A DNA stretch of 63,325 nt, counting the filler, from Stramenopiles sp. TOSAG23-3 (lineage: Eukaryota): assembly GCA_900128585.1 (NCBI GenBank). It is 7 parts of 7 records of this genome, joined end to end, with 100 filler letters (N's around TTAATTAATTAA, not from the genome) between each part and the next. Parts side by side here need not be neighbours in the genome. Positions count along the whole stretch, not along the records: positions 28,833 to 43,127 come from LT642575.1; positions 43,228 to 57,519 come from LT642576.1; 5 more parts are not named here. One strand, 5' to 3'. The translations under genes and the position numbers were made by a program. Shown here piece after piece: positions 41,006-51,113 of the stretch. Within the stretch, counting starts at the first letter, position 1. Every line of letters begins with the position of its first letter. A model generated the notes under the pieces. It was given only the letters and a program-made list of their open reading frames with translations, had not been told where the DNA came from and did no database searches.

Positions 41006-42304
41006 ATGCCTCACCCTTCGCTTCTGGTGCACAACATTGACAGTCTGTACACCTTGGACCCGAACAACCCCTCAGCAGAGACGCCGGGCGCGCCCCTTGG
41101 GCTTGTGGAGAACGCCTCCATTGGGTTTCGTGATGGAAAGGTAGTTTTTATCGGAAAGTCGGATAGTTCAGAGGCGCAGGAGGCGAAGAACTCGGCAGAG
41201 CAAATTATCGATGGGGCCGGGTTGGTCGGGCTCCCGGGCCTGGTGGACTGCCACACGCACAGTGTCTGGGCGGGGTCTCGGGCTGACGAGTTTGCCCGCC
41301 GCCTGGCTGGGGCAAAGTACGAAGACATTGCAAAGGCGGGGGGGGGGATTCTCTCGACCGTGGAGCACACCCGGAACGCGAGCCTGGACCAGTTGACGGC
41401 AAACTGCCGGGGGAGGCTGTCGAACATGAGGCGAAAGGGCGTGACGACGGTAGAGATCAAGAGCGGGTACGGCCTTAACCCGGACGCGGAGGCGAAAATG
41501 TTGAGGGCCGCCCGCGCCGCGGGGGAAGCGAACGAAGCGCGCGTCGTGACGACGTTCTTGGGGGCGCACGCACTTCCCAAAGAGTTCCGGGACGATAGAA
41601 AGAAGTACGTGCAGCAAGTCATCAATGACCAGCTCCCTGTGATCGCCAAGTACGGCCTGGCGGACAACGTGGACGTCTTCTGCGACTCGATCGGGTTTAC
41701 CCTGGAAGAATCGAGGGACATACTCACGGCTGGCCAGCGGGCAGGGTTGAAAGTGAAGGCCCACGCGGAGCAAATAGCGCACACGGGCTGTGCGTCTTTA
41801 GTCGCAGAGTTGGGCGGCATCTCGGCCGACCATTTAGAGCGCTGCACGGACGAAGACATCGCAGCCATGAAAGACAAGGACGTCGTGGCCGTCTGCCTGC
41901 CCGGGGCGCAAATGTACCTGCACGATTCCCCCCCTCCCATACAGCAGTTCCGGGCTGCTGGGGTGAAAATGGCCGTTGCGACCGACCTCAACCCAGGATC
42001 GTCGCCCATTCATGATCTTTGGACCACGGCAACCTTGGCCTGCGTATTGCAGGGCATGACGATCGACGAAGCGGTGCAGGGCATTACGAGGAACGCCGGC
42101 TACGCAATCGGTCGCCCCGACGTTGGGTGGTTGGGGGTAGACGGCCAAAGCGTCGCCGATTTGGCGCTCTTCAGCACGCAGCCAGGAGACCCGTCCACGG
42201 CGGCGAGCCTAGTCCAAAACATTGGTGGCCACACGACAGAGGTTGTCATTCGGGATGGGAAGGTTGTTTTTGATGCGGCGGATAACAAGAGAAGGAGACG
42301 TTGA
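41006..42304 (+). CDS. hutI: Imidazolonepropionase (amidohydrolase)
   Basis: PGLVDCHTH, GGGILSTV..TR, GVTTVEIKSGYGL, TFLGAH, DVFCD, HAEQ, SADHLE, ATDLNPGSSP; start MPHPS at 41006. Confidence 0.97.
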   Translation: MPHPSLLVHNIDSLYTLDPNNPSAETPGAPLGLVENASIGFRDGKVVFIGKSDSSEAQEAKNSAEQIIDGAGLVGLPGLVDCHTHSVWAGSRADEFARRLAGAKYEDIAKAGGGILSTVEHTRNASLDQLTANCRGRLSNMRRKGVTTVEIKSGYGLNPDAEAKMLRAARAAGEANEARVVTTFLGAHALPKEFRDDRKKYVQQVINDQLPVIAKYGLADNVDVFCDSIGFTLEESRDILTAGQRAGLKVKAHAEQIAHTGCASLVAELGGISADHLERCTDEDIAAMKDKDVVAVCLPGAQMYLHDSPPPIQQFRAAGVKMAVATDLNPGSSPIHDLWTTATLACVLQGMTIDEAVQGITRNAGYAIGRPDVGWLGVDGQSVADLALFSTQPGDPSTAASLVQNIGGHTTEVVIRDGKVVFDAADNKRRRR

Positions 42305-42485
42305 TCCCGGAATCGGGCAGTAGCGTGCTCGAACTTTTTTAATTAAGTAATTCTTGCATATCGTACATCTACACCAAGGCACTCTTAACTCTTAATACAT
42401 TCTCATCTATCATATGAAAACATTCACGCCGCTGCTTGGAAAACCACAGAAGTAATGATTCGTCTATACGAGTGAGATATCGGAT

Positions 42486-42775
42486 GAGGAAGTTGATTAT
42501 AATGGGTCTTTTGACATCGACGCAATTCCATACACTGATTCGGATCATGCATGGAGTACACATGAAAATGATAGTCAAGGCTAAGTGACAAGGGTATATT
42601 GATTATGACTCTAAAACATAACAGTTGTTGGAGATCAGTTCGTAGTTAACCATTCAATATATGAATATGATACAAACTTTTAAATGTTTAAGTTGATTAT
42701 GGGTGATATGGAAGCAGTGTTAATCCATCTACTGATTCAGATCATAAATGGAGTACATGGGAGAATGATAGTTAA
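42486..42775 (+). pseudogene. Tandemly duplicated (~200-bp period) decayed coding relic (VDY...TDSDH.WST.END S)
   Basis: 42486-42583 and 42689-42775 share GTTGATTAT and ACTGATTC.GATCAT..ATGGAGTACA...GA.AATGATAGT; in-frame stops in the second copy. Confidence 0.55.
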
Positions 42776-42847
42776 GTTCGCAGTTCATGAAGGAATGCAA
42801 ACCTAGAATGTCTAAATCTAGATTTCAGTTCGCGGTACATTAATTTT

Positions 42848-42880
42848 AATTACTTACATAACAGCCAATTTTCTTGTTTT
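42848..42880 (+). repeat. Dispersed repeat module AATTACTTACATAACAGCCAATTTTCTTGTTTT
   Basis: Matches the copies at 3351, 33898, 34031 and 46946. Confidence 0.85.
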
Positions 42881-43127
42881 AATGTTTACATAATTTAATA
42901 ATAAAATATATCCATCGATCCTATTGTATTCCCATATTATTATTCTTATATTTGTTACTTAAACTCTTCACCCCCCCCCCCTTTTTTTTTGTTGTAGAAG
43001 AAGAATTTTAAAATTATTTCGATTATATCCATTATTAGTGTCGTCTCTATATTATTAATTTATTACTTCTTACATGACGTTTATGTTTTATGGTCGATAA
43101 TGCTACTGGCCAAACATCAGGGGGGGG

Positions 43128-43227
43128 NNNNNNNNNNNNNNNNNNNNNNNNNNNNNNNNNNNNNNNNNNNNTTAATTAATTAANNNNNNNNNNNNNNNNN
43201 NNNNNNNNNNNNNNNNNNNNNNNNNNN
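43128..43227. other. Artificial contig linker
   Basis: N44-TTAATTAATTAA-N44. Confidence 0.98.
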
Positions 43228-43677
43228 CCTTCTATAAATTGTACGGTGTTTACACACGCGATAATTAATGGGGAAAGAGCCGAACTCTATACCACCATTC
43301 CATCGAGAATAGTAAATGTAAATTGGACTACATATATTGATATTGGCCTTCTCCTCGTCATTTGACGAATGTGATGTGTAGGTAGACTTTTGTTGAGGCA
43401 ACCATCATTTTTTATTCTCATAGTATCTTAATTACTAGTCTACTACTACCACCAAGGAACCTAGGAACCAGGTATTATACCTGGTATTTATGTAGTACAG
43501 GTAGCAGGTACCGTACCAACCTGTAGTCCCCCCCCATTAATTAATATCTTCTTTTTTTCTTCAATCTTCTCCACCACTCTGCTGTGATTACGTAGATTTG
43601 CTTAATTTTATTTCTTCAGCACAATGCGTTATTTTATTATTACATTATGCTCCAGCCGCCTCCTCCAGCCTTCCATT

Positions 43678-45120
43678 TTAGAACTCTTCGGGGGATACTT
43701 TTCGGCCGACATTTCTTAAGTGTTTGTTGTTGCCTATTGTAATGGAAGCTTCGCCCAATTCTTCAATTGTAAAGTCGCGATGATACAGACTACCTGGATC
43801 AACGCTCATATGGTTGTTCCAAAAATCGTGTCCTTCTTTCCATGTGCGACCTCCATACTTTCTCGACAGTCGCCGAACACGCAGGTAAATTAATACCTGC
43901 GCCATTAGACAGGTCGCCACTATAATACAAAGCGCAACTATGTCAAACGTGGCAGCGGTCTCTGGTGATACCATATGGATACGGTACGATATGCAATGAA
44001 ACGTCGCGATCAGGAACATGCTGCCTAATGCAGCGTTGAGAGAGTGATCCACATTATGTAAGTACGGTGTTGGGGGAAGCCGTTCCATTACAGTCCACTG
44101 GATGGCAAACGAGGTCAGAAACATGGCAAGAACAGTTTCCATTCGATCCCCTAAATCACCCGGCTCCATTGCGTAGCTCAACAAGGACACCAACACAATT
44201 GCACATGTTGGAACTTGGGCTTTCCAAAAGAAAAATGTCGGGTTTCTCTGTAAGTGTATGCTGAAAAAGTAATCGCGATACCCTTGGTTCTTTATGTTTG
44301 GGCTCGTGTGTCGGCCCAACCCATAGCTGAGTCCATTCAACATGTACTCACCTTTCTTGTGATATATATCACAAAATATATTCATGGGTTTTCCAGTTCT
44401 GTCTTTGTGTTCTAGCACTAAAATAATGTCCTTGTCGTTCTCCAAACGCTGTTCGTTACTACAACACAAGAACCCGTCCAAGCGAACTGAATCATAGGGA
44501 AAATTCTTAAGGCGATGGTAGTCATTGTCCAAATTGACTTCAAGGGGCAAAAACGGCAAGTCATATTGCAACCAACCATCTTGTTCTTTTGGATCTTTGA
44601 ATGTGGGCACGGAATCAACCTGATCCTTGTTTATTTTTAAAGTTCCCGAAAAAAGCTCCGGCTTCCAAATATCCTTTGGTACTTTTTTCTTCCCAAAGTT
44701 GACCAAACGGTGGTCTTGCCAGTATAAAGATATTTTGAGATTCATAACGAGCATTTCATAACCATCGATATTTTTCACTTGCCATCCCAACAAATGGAGC
44801 AAGACACTTATTTTTGTGGGTTTGTCGAAGACTGCATCTGGCCGTTCAGAATACACGGGGTTCTCCGTATTTATAATATCGTATTTTTTTCTTTCTGCTG
44901 GGTCTGACAACGTGTGGTACGCTTCTGCTATTTTAGTGAAATCAACTGTTACGTCATCTGTTGACGCGCCACCTTTTTGCTTATCAGGATGGAATTTTTT
45001 GGCCAACTTGTGATACGAATCCTTGATATCTTTCTCAGTTGCAGATGCAGAAACACCCAACATTTTGTAATAGTTCACCCGTTCCTGTGTTTTGTTTTTC
45101 TTCTCCGCTTTTGCCGACAT
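43678..45120 (-). CDS. J-domain (DnaJ) fused to a Cys-less pentameric ligand-gated ion channel subunit
   Basis: NYYKMLGV...KKFHPDK...IAEAYHTLSDPAERKKYD (J-domain); WQDHRL, IWKPEL, NFPYD, RNPTFFFW, LGDRM, LPPTPYL..D and 4 TM helices (pLGIC). Confidence 0.85.
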   Translation of the reverse strand: MSAKAEKKNKTQERVNYYKMLGVSASATEKDIKDSYHKLAKKFHPDKQKGGASTDDVTVDFTKIAEAYHTLSDPAERKKYDIINTENPVYSERPDAVFDKPTKISVLLHLLGWQVKNIDGYEMLVMNLKISLYWQDHRLVNFGKKKVPKDIWKPELFSGTLKINKDQVDSVPTFKDPKEQDGWLQYDLPFLPLEVNLDNDYHRLKNFPYDSVRLDGFLCCSNEQRLENDKDIILVLEHKDRTGKPMNIFCDIYHKKGEYMLNGLSYGLGRHTSPNIKNQGYRDYFFSIHLQRNPTFFFWKAQVPTCAIVLVSLLSYAMEPGDLGDRMETVLAMFLTSFAIQWTVMERLPPTPYLHNVDHSLNAALGSMFLIATFHCISYRIHMVSPETAATFDIVALCIIVATCLMAQVLIYLRVRRLSRKYGGRTWKEGHDFWNNHMSVDPGSLYHRDFTIEELGEASITIGNNKHLRNVGRKVSPEEF

Positions 45121-45975
45121 TGCCCCTGCTTTTTGAACAACTGTATCTACGTCTTCGTTTCGTTGAATAGTGCTCTTTTAGATTATGTAAACGGAATATT
45201 TTCAGAAATCCAATCACGTTAATAAAAAAAGAAAGTGTGTCGTTTGGTTGACAATGTAAAGTATTCGAATGGCTATAAGAGTATAAAGTCGCCATCTGTA
45301 TCCATACACGAGGTATAGAAAAGGATCAATTTGATTTATTATTATTATATTATTAATGTCGTCATCATCATCCACCATGTGTAATAAATATCATCATCAT
45401 CATCATAATAATAATTTTTTTATTTTTTTTTGATGACGGACGACGACGACGACGACGATGATGATGATGCAATTGTTCAGAGAAAAATGACACTGAATGT
45501 TATGCTGTGTTATGTATTTTATTATTATACCTTGGTATTAATATAATAATAAGAACAGGAAGAACTAAAAATAATATTAATAATTATTAATAGTCTAATA
45601 ATAATTTTTTAGCTAATTATTATTTGTTGTTCCATCATCTCTCTCCTCCCTCTCTCCTTCTTCTCTTATTTCTCTTCTCTTCTTGCCCTCTTCTTCTTCC
45701 TCATCATCATTAGTAATATAAAAAATATAAAGGCCGCCCCCCCAAAAAAATAATATCTTTTCTCTGTGTGTGGTGTGTGGAGGAGGAGAGGATTATACTA
45801 ATATATACACAAAGGATATGTATTTTATCCTCGTTTGTTTTCAAGTTCATTTTATAGTTCAATAGACGTTCCTATATATATGTGAACGTTTATGAAACAG
45901 CTACATATTTTCGTTTTAGTGCTTGCTTAATGTTGTTTAAACATATCTTTTTTTGAATAAATTACCGTCACATAG

Positions 45976-46896
45976 ATGAAGTTCAACTACCTTCTCGCGG
46001 CTGCCGGTCTGTCCGTGATTGTACAGGCAAACGTTCCGGCGGTAAAACTGAACAATGGGGTCATGATGCCAGCAATAGCTGCGGGGACGTGGCAGTTCTC
46101 CCCGGCGGTTGCACAGCAATCGGTGCACGACGCGTTTGCGGCAGGTTTCACACACATCGACACCGCGCACGATTACGACAACCAAGGCGGCGTGGGGAAA
46201 GCGCTCTCTGGGAGGACGCGAGATACCTATTTCTTGACCACCAAAGTACCCGGTTGCGGTTTACAAGGAATCAGCAAAGCGCACTGCGCCGCCGACACAA
46301 CTAAGGCTATCGAGGAAGATCTGAAACAGCTAGGTCTGGACTCTCTGGACCTTCTCTTGATCCATTTTCCACCCGTTGGAGGATGCTCTTCGGTGCTGAA
46401 CAACTGCGAGGCCATCCAATCGCAGTGGGCCGCGCTCGAAGCAGCGTACGCACAGAAAAAGACGAAAGCAATTGGCGTGTCGAACTTTTGTATCAGCTGC
46501 TTTGAGTGCTTGAAGAAAACGATGAAAATCACACCCGCCGTTAACCAAGTTCAGTACCATGTTGGAATGGGCCCGGACCCTGGTGGTTTAAAATCTTACT
46601 GCACCGATTTGGGAGTGCACATGCAAGCGTATTCACCATTGGGGAACAACGCATCTGCTCTTATTGATGGGCCAGTGCTTGGCAACATTGGGAAGAGCCA
46701 CAACAAAAGTGCTGTTCAGGTCGCGTTGCAATGGATTTGGTCGAATGGCGTCCCCGTCGTGACAAAATCAACGAAACCGGTCCACCTGCAGGAAGACTTG
46801 GATATATTTGACTGGACCACTACTGCAGCCGAGAAAAAAGTGTTAGATTCACAAACCAAACCTACCGGAAAGCCGTCTTTTATGTGCTCCTCGTGA
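45976..46896 (+). CDS. Aldo-keto reductase with signal peptide
   Basis: LNNGVMMP, HIDTAHDY, FLTTK, DLLLIHFP, AIGVSNF, PAVNQV, AYSPLG, QVALQW; N-terminal MKFNYLLAAAGLSVIVQA. Confidence 0.95.
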   Translation: MKFNYLLAAAGLSVIVQANVPAVKLNNGVMMPAIAAGTWQFSPAVAQQSVHDAFAAGFTHIDTAHDYDNQGGVGKALSGRTRDTYFLTTKVPGCGLQGISKAHCAADTTKAIEEDLKQLGLDSLDLLLIHFPPVGGCSSVLNNCEAIQSQWAALEAAYAQKKTKAIGVSNFCISCFECLKKTMKITPAVNQVQYHVGMGPDPGGLKSYCTDLGVHMQAYSPLGNNASALIDGPVLGNIGKSHNKSAVQVALQWIWSNGVPVVTKSTKPVHLQEDLDIFDWTTTAAEKKVLDSQTKPTGKPSFMCSS

Positions 46897-46932
46897 GGGA
46901 AGAATTAAATTTACCAAAAGTATATAAATAAT

Positions 46933-47058
46933 ATTACTTATAAAAATAACAGCCAATTTTCTCTTGTTTTAAAAAAAAATAGTATGTTGTGTTTTAAGAC
47001 TCTCATTTTATTTAAATCAATAAATTACTATTTCAATTCCAACCCTAATCCTATCTTG
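46933..47058. repeat. Dispersed repeat family copy (forward CAGCCAATTTT module plus reverse-complement TAGGATTAGGG...GAGAGTCTTAAAA module)
   Basis: 46991-47055 closely matches the reverse complement of 28231-28288. Confidence 0.85.
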
Positions 47059-47785
47059 ATGTTGTAATTTGATTTTTTAATTTCTTGTTTTTATAAATAA
47101 TATATAAAGAAAACCAAAAAATCGCCTCGTCTTTCTTCTTCTAATTGTAATAGTTATTGTTTTCTAATAACTTCTGAAAAAAGAAGAAGAAGAAAAAGAA
47201 AAAGAAAGAAGGGGGAAGGAAAAACTCTCGGAAATCCAAATCCAAATGGATTAAATATCTTCGTTATTATTATTTAAAAATTATCTATGGTCCTAGTATC
47301 GAACACTGTACTACTAATTATTGTACTCTTTGTTTTATAATCAGACCTATCAACGCGCATTTCCTCAGTCGACACAAGAAACCGTTATTCATCAAAATCC
47401 TCTTCTTCTTTTGAAATCAACAAAAAAAAATAATTACACAGTAAATTAATATAATATTATTATACTGAAAAAACGAACCTCTGTCTGATGAGGACAACAA
47501 CAACAACCAGGGGAGCACGAAGAAGTTTGTCATAGTAGTTTTCATTGATTTTGTACTACCTGGAAGTGCGGAAGAAAGCAGAACAACCCAAAAAATTACA
47601 AACAAACAGAAATGCAATGCGAGACTGGTAAAACAATAAACCACTTTCAAACTCTTCTGCTTAAAAAGGGCAACCTGGATTGGCATTAACCAGTCCACCT
47701 GAAACTGCCGAACAATTTTTCCAAGGGAAGGCCAGGTTTTGTTTACTTTCTTGGTTTTGTTCATACTTGGGTCCCGTCACGAAGG

Positions 47786-48139
47786 ATGGCGTCAAACCAG
47801 GATATAGAGAATCTCGACATCTCGGCAGAAGACATGGAGTTGCTGGCGGAAGTGATTGATATTCGCCTCGAGCAACAGATGAGGGAAAGGGACGCGGAAT
47901 TACTTGAAATGCAGGCCAGTATGAACAAATTTATGACGACCGTAAAGAAGTTATCCGTTGCTAGCGAGCACGTCGCCCTGTCGCGCAAGAAGCCCTATGG
48001 GAAGGACACTTCGCGGCATAACCACCGCCGCGCAAAACCAGCGGACGAGAGAAGAAAACACACGGGGCATTCAAACACAGCACCAAAAACTGTACAAATT
48101 TCACAAGAATCTCAATTCGCTGGTCGGGATCATACTTGA
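47786..48139 (+). CDS. Small coiled-coil hypothetical protein
   Basis: 117-aa ATG-initiated ORF with coding-like GC content. Confidence 0.55.
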   Translation: MASNQDIENLDISAEDMELLAEVIDIRLEQQMRERDAELLEMQASMNKFMTTVKKLSVASEHVALSRKKPYGKDTSRHNHRRAKPADERRKHTGHSNTAPKTVQISQESQFAGRDHT

Positions 48140-48263
48140 TCTATTTTGCCAGATGCATTAGCTTAAATAAAATTTATAAAAAAACCAAAATATATATAGT
48201 ATGTTTAAATTTATAAAATATTATTATATCTTACTCTTTAGGATACTTAGCTTAATACACGCA

Positions 48264-48321
48264 ATAGAGAGTGAACTACTACGCCAGCGCGCATAGAGAG
48301 TGAACTACTACGCCAGCGCGC
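48264..48321. repeat. Perfect 29-bp tandem duplication ATAGAGAGTGAACTACTACGCCAGCGCGC x2
   Basis: Directly visible. Confidence 0.95.
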
Positions 48322-48397
48322 CCCGGGTTTCAAAAAAACGTTGAAGCATGGTCTAAATATTAGGACGGATGCTTAACTATTGCCCTCTTGCTTATTT

Positions 48398-49348
48398 TCA
48401 GCCCACGCTTTTGACAACTTTGACGCTCAAACTGAGGTTTACATCGCTCTCGAAAAAGTCTGATATGCGCTTTTCGGAGGCCGCTCTGACTTTGCGCAGG
48501 ACACTCCCATTTTTCCCCAGAACGATTCGTTTCATAGATGCGCTTGGAACACATAGGGCCTGTTCAACCATCATCACACTATCCCCTTGTACACCGACGC
48601 GATCTCGCTCCTCCCACACCACGGTTTGCTGAACAATCCGGTAGGGCACCTCTTTCTGGTAAGTTTTGAACAATTGGTCTCTGATAAGCTCAGAGGCTAT
48701 TTTTTCGTCCGTCATGTCCGTTAGGTCATCCTCGTCGTAGTGCCACTCCCCTGGTTTTGCCATACGAAGGATGCTTTCCTTCAGTACCTGCAAACCGCCG
48801 TCATCGCCGCCGAGGCCACTGTTGTGAGAAGGCGAGGTGACGGCGGAAACATAATGGGTTTCCAGCGGGCCGTTGTAATTGTCGGACGTGAGGGCGTCGA
48901 TTAATTGGTCAGTAATTGGCAGCAGTGTCTTCTTCTGCTTGACAAGATCAACTTTGTTCAGGACTAGCAGCATGTCCAATTCACGAGCAGCACACATGTC
49001 CCGAACCTTGGCTATGGTCCGCAGACGCCGTTCCGTCAGTTGCGCGGCGGCATCTACAAGGAGCAAGACCCCATTGGTCGAGGTATCGTCGATACTGTCG
49101 GACGCGTCTTTGACCAGCTGCCTGTGGTACCGTTTGTTATCACTCTGTTCTATAATGCCCGGGGTGTCCACAAAGATGACCTGGGTGTCCCCCTCTGTGA
49201 ACACTGCCCGGTGGCGCTCTCTCGTTGTATTGTACTTTGGCGAAACGGCAGCAATTCTCTGGCTGACCGGGAAGAAACGGTTCATCAACGTGCTCTTGCC
49301 CGCGTTGGGCGCCCCCACGATCGCCAGCTGCACCAGCCGCTCTATCAT
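48398..49348 (-). CDS. era: Era-family GTPase (G domain + KH)
   Basis: AIVGAPNAGKSTL, VSPKYNTTR, QVIFVDTPG, LNKVD, ELIRDQLF..YQKEVPY, IVLGKNGSVL; first ATG at 49348. Confidence 0.93.
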   Translation of the reverse strand: MIERLVQLAIVGAPNAGKSTLMNRFFPVSQRIAAVSPKYNTTRERHRAVFTEGDTQVIFVDTPGIIEQSDNKRYHRQLVKDASDSIDDTSTNGVLLLVDAAAQLTERRLRTIAKVRDMCAARELDMLLVLNKVDLVKQKKTLLPITDQLIDALTSDNYNGPLETHYVSAVTSPSHNSGLGGDDGGLQVLKESILRMAKPGEWHYDEDDLTDMTDEKIASELIRDQLFKTYQKEVPYRIVQQTVVWEERDRVGVQGDSVMMVEQALCVPSASMKRIVLGKNGSVLRKVRAASEKRISDFFESDVNLSLSVKVVKSVG

Positions 49349-50093
49349 TTTTGTCAGTATAACCTTCACAAGAAGAACACAGGCAACCCGAAAATATAAT
49401 TCTATGTACACCCCAACGAACCTCTCTACCCCAAATGCTCGATCATCAACGAATAAAACTATTTTATTAAATTTAGTCAATACGCACGCACCTTGGAGAA
49501 CATAAAAAAACGCTTTTATTCACAAGTTTAAATGAACTTATACCGGCGGCGTGGCGCGCGGCGCGCTTCTTGTTTTTTTCTTTCCCTTCTTCTTCTTCTT
49601 CTTCTTTCTTCTTCTATCTATAAAATAATAATATTATTTTTTATTTTTTTCCCTTCTTCATTCTTCTTCTAATATTCTTCTAAAACATAATAACAATAAT
49701 AAAATACCGAAGAAAAAAAAAATGATATTTATTATAATAAGCGAGCAGCAAGCAAGAAGAAGAAGAAGAGGAGAATAGTATAATAATAATAATAGTATTT
49801 TTAATTAATAATAAATAATAATAAAAATATAAAAAAAATGATGATGTTTTTTTTTATTTTTGTTATTGTGTTAGTTAGTCGGTCTATAGTTCTTCTGTTT
49901 TTTTCATTTTTGATTCTTTGTTCAATTGGGAACGATAAGATGGCGATGGAGGCGGACGGATGGTTATTAAAAATTCATTTGTTGATGGAGGCGGAGCAAA
50001 TTATAATGCTCATACGCCACACAAGGACCTCCTGCACCCTGTTCGTTCGCGGCTATAAGAAGAATAGATTTATGTCACGCTTCGAGAGCGAGC

Positions 50094-51113
50094 ATGGAAC
50101 CCCGTAATAGTTATAGTTGGCTTTTCGTCGTGTTCTTTCTTGAACTGTGCGTCGTTTTCTGTGCATATGGTTATAAGGACCCGTCTCACACCCCGCTGAA
50201 CGAATGGCCCATGATTCAAGCGCACGATGCTGCGACGACTTACCTGGAGTCTGGTCTCATCAATCGTTGGGCGAAAACACAGCAGGACGGAGGTTTGGCA
50301 GGAATGTTAGAGTGTGGGGCACGGAGTTTCGATTGGAGACCTCACCTCTTAAAAAATGGAACCTTAGTAATGCACCATTCAGTTGATATCATTGACCATT
50401 CCATGTCCGATGCTATGGACGAAATATTAGAATGGTCAGGCAAGCGTTCGCTGGACAAGAATGCCAACGATTTGGTAGTTTTGGGGATAAACGATTGTAC
50501 CAGCGATGCAAAGGAGGACTGCCTGGACGCAGTGTCTAAACTGTTGGCCGAGAAAAACATATCGTACGTTGGGAACTGTTCATTCGTGGCGTGGGCACAT
50601 GAAACCGTGACAAGCGCAATCGAGCGGTATGCACTTCCCCCGAAGGGTCATGGTGCCCCCGTCATGGCAATAAATTCGTGCTGGAACATGGACTACACAT
50701 GCCCAGAGTGTGCATGCACGGGCTTTGGGTCGAAGGGTGCTAGAAGCACGCAAGGGGGAGCGCCGGACCACATTGAGTACACTTGCTACACCGATTCCCC
50801 GACGAAAGCTTTCCCGTTGAACAGGATGTTCGGCTACCTGCAAAAGACAATTGACAACGGCCCTCCAAGTTCAGGAATGTTCTACTCTTTGCAGGCACTC
50901 TGGGAAGAAACTGCAGACTCGGTCATTGTCGGCGGGCTGCACGGCAGTTCGCTGTTGGACGATGAAGTGAAATCGGGCTTTAACCACCTTTTGGTTGAAC
51001 GGATGCAGAATGGCAAAATGAACGTTACCAGTGCAAATTTTCTAGAAATCAACAACGTCTGTCATGGCGGTCAAGAATTAATCGATACCTTTCGAAAAAT
51101 GGCACGCCTTTAA
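50094..51113 (+). CDS. Secreted PI-PLC X-domain-like phosphodiesterase
   Basis: Signal peptide; PLNEWPMIQAHDA, AKTQ, LECGARSFDWRP, MHH pattern of PLC-like TIM-barrel phosphodiesterases. Confidence 0.75.
   Translation: MEPRNSYSWLFVVFFLELCVVFCAYGYKDPSHTPLNEWPMIQAHDAATTYLESGLINRWAKTQQDGGLAGMLECGARSFDWRPHLLKNGTLVMHHSVDIIDHSMSDAMDEILEWSGKRSLDKNANDLVVLGINDCTSDAKEDCLDAVSKLLAEKNISYVGNCSFVAWAHETVTSAIERYALPPKGHGAPVMAINSCWNMDYTCPECACTGFGSKGARSTQGGAPDHIEYTCYTDSPTKAFPLNRMFGYLQKTIDNGPPSSGMFYSLQALWEETADSVIVGGLHGSSLLDDEVKSGFNHLLVERMQNGKMNVTSANFLEINNVCHGGQELIDTFRKMARL

Noticed and set aside
48264-48321. 29-bp direct repeat as a CRISPR array
   Set aside because: Two adjacent copies with no spacer; a simple tandem duplication
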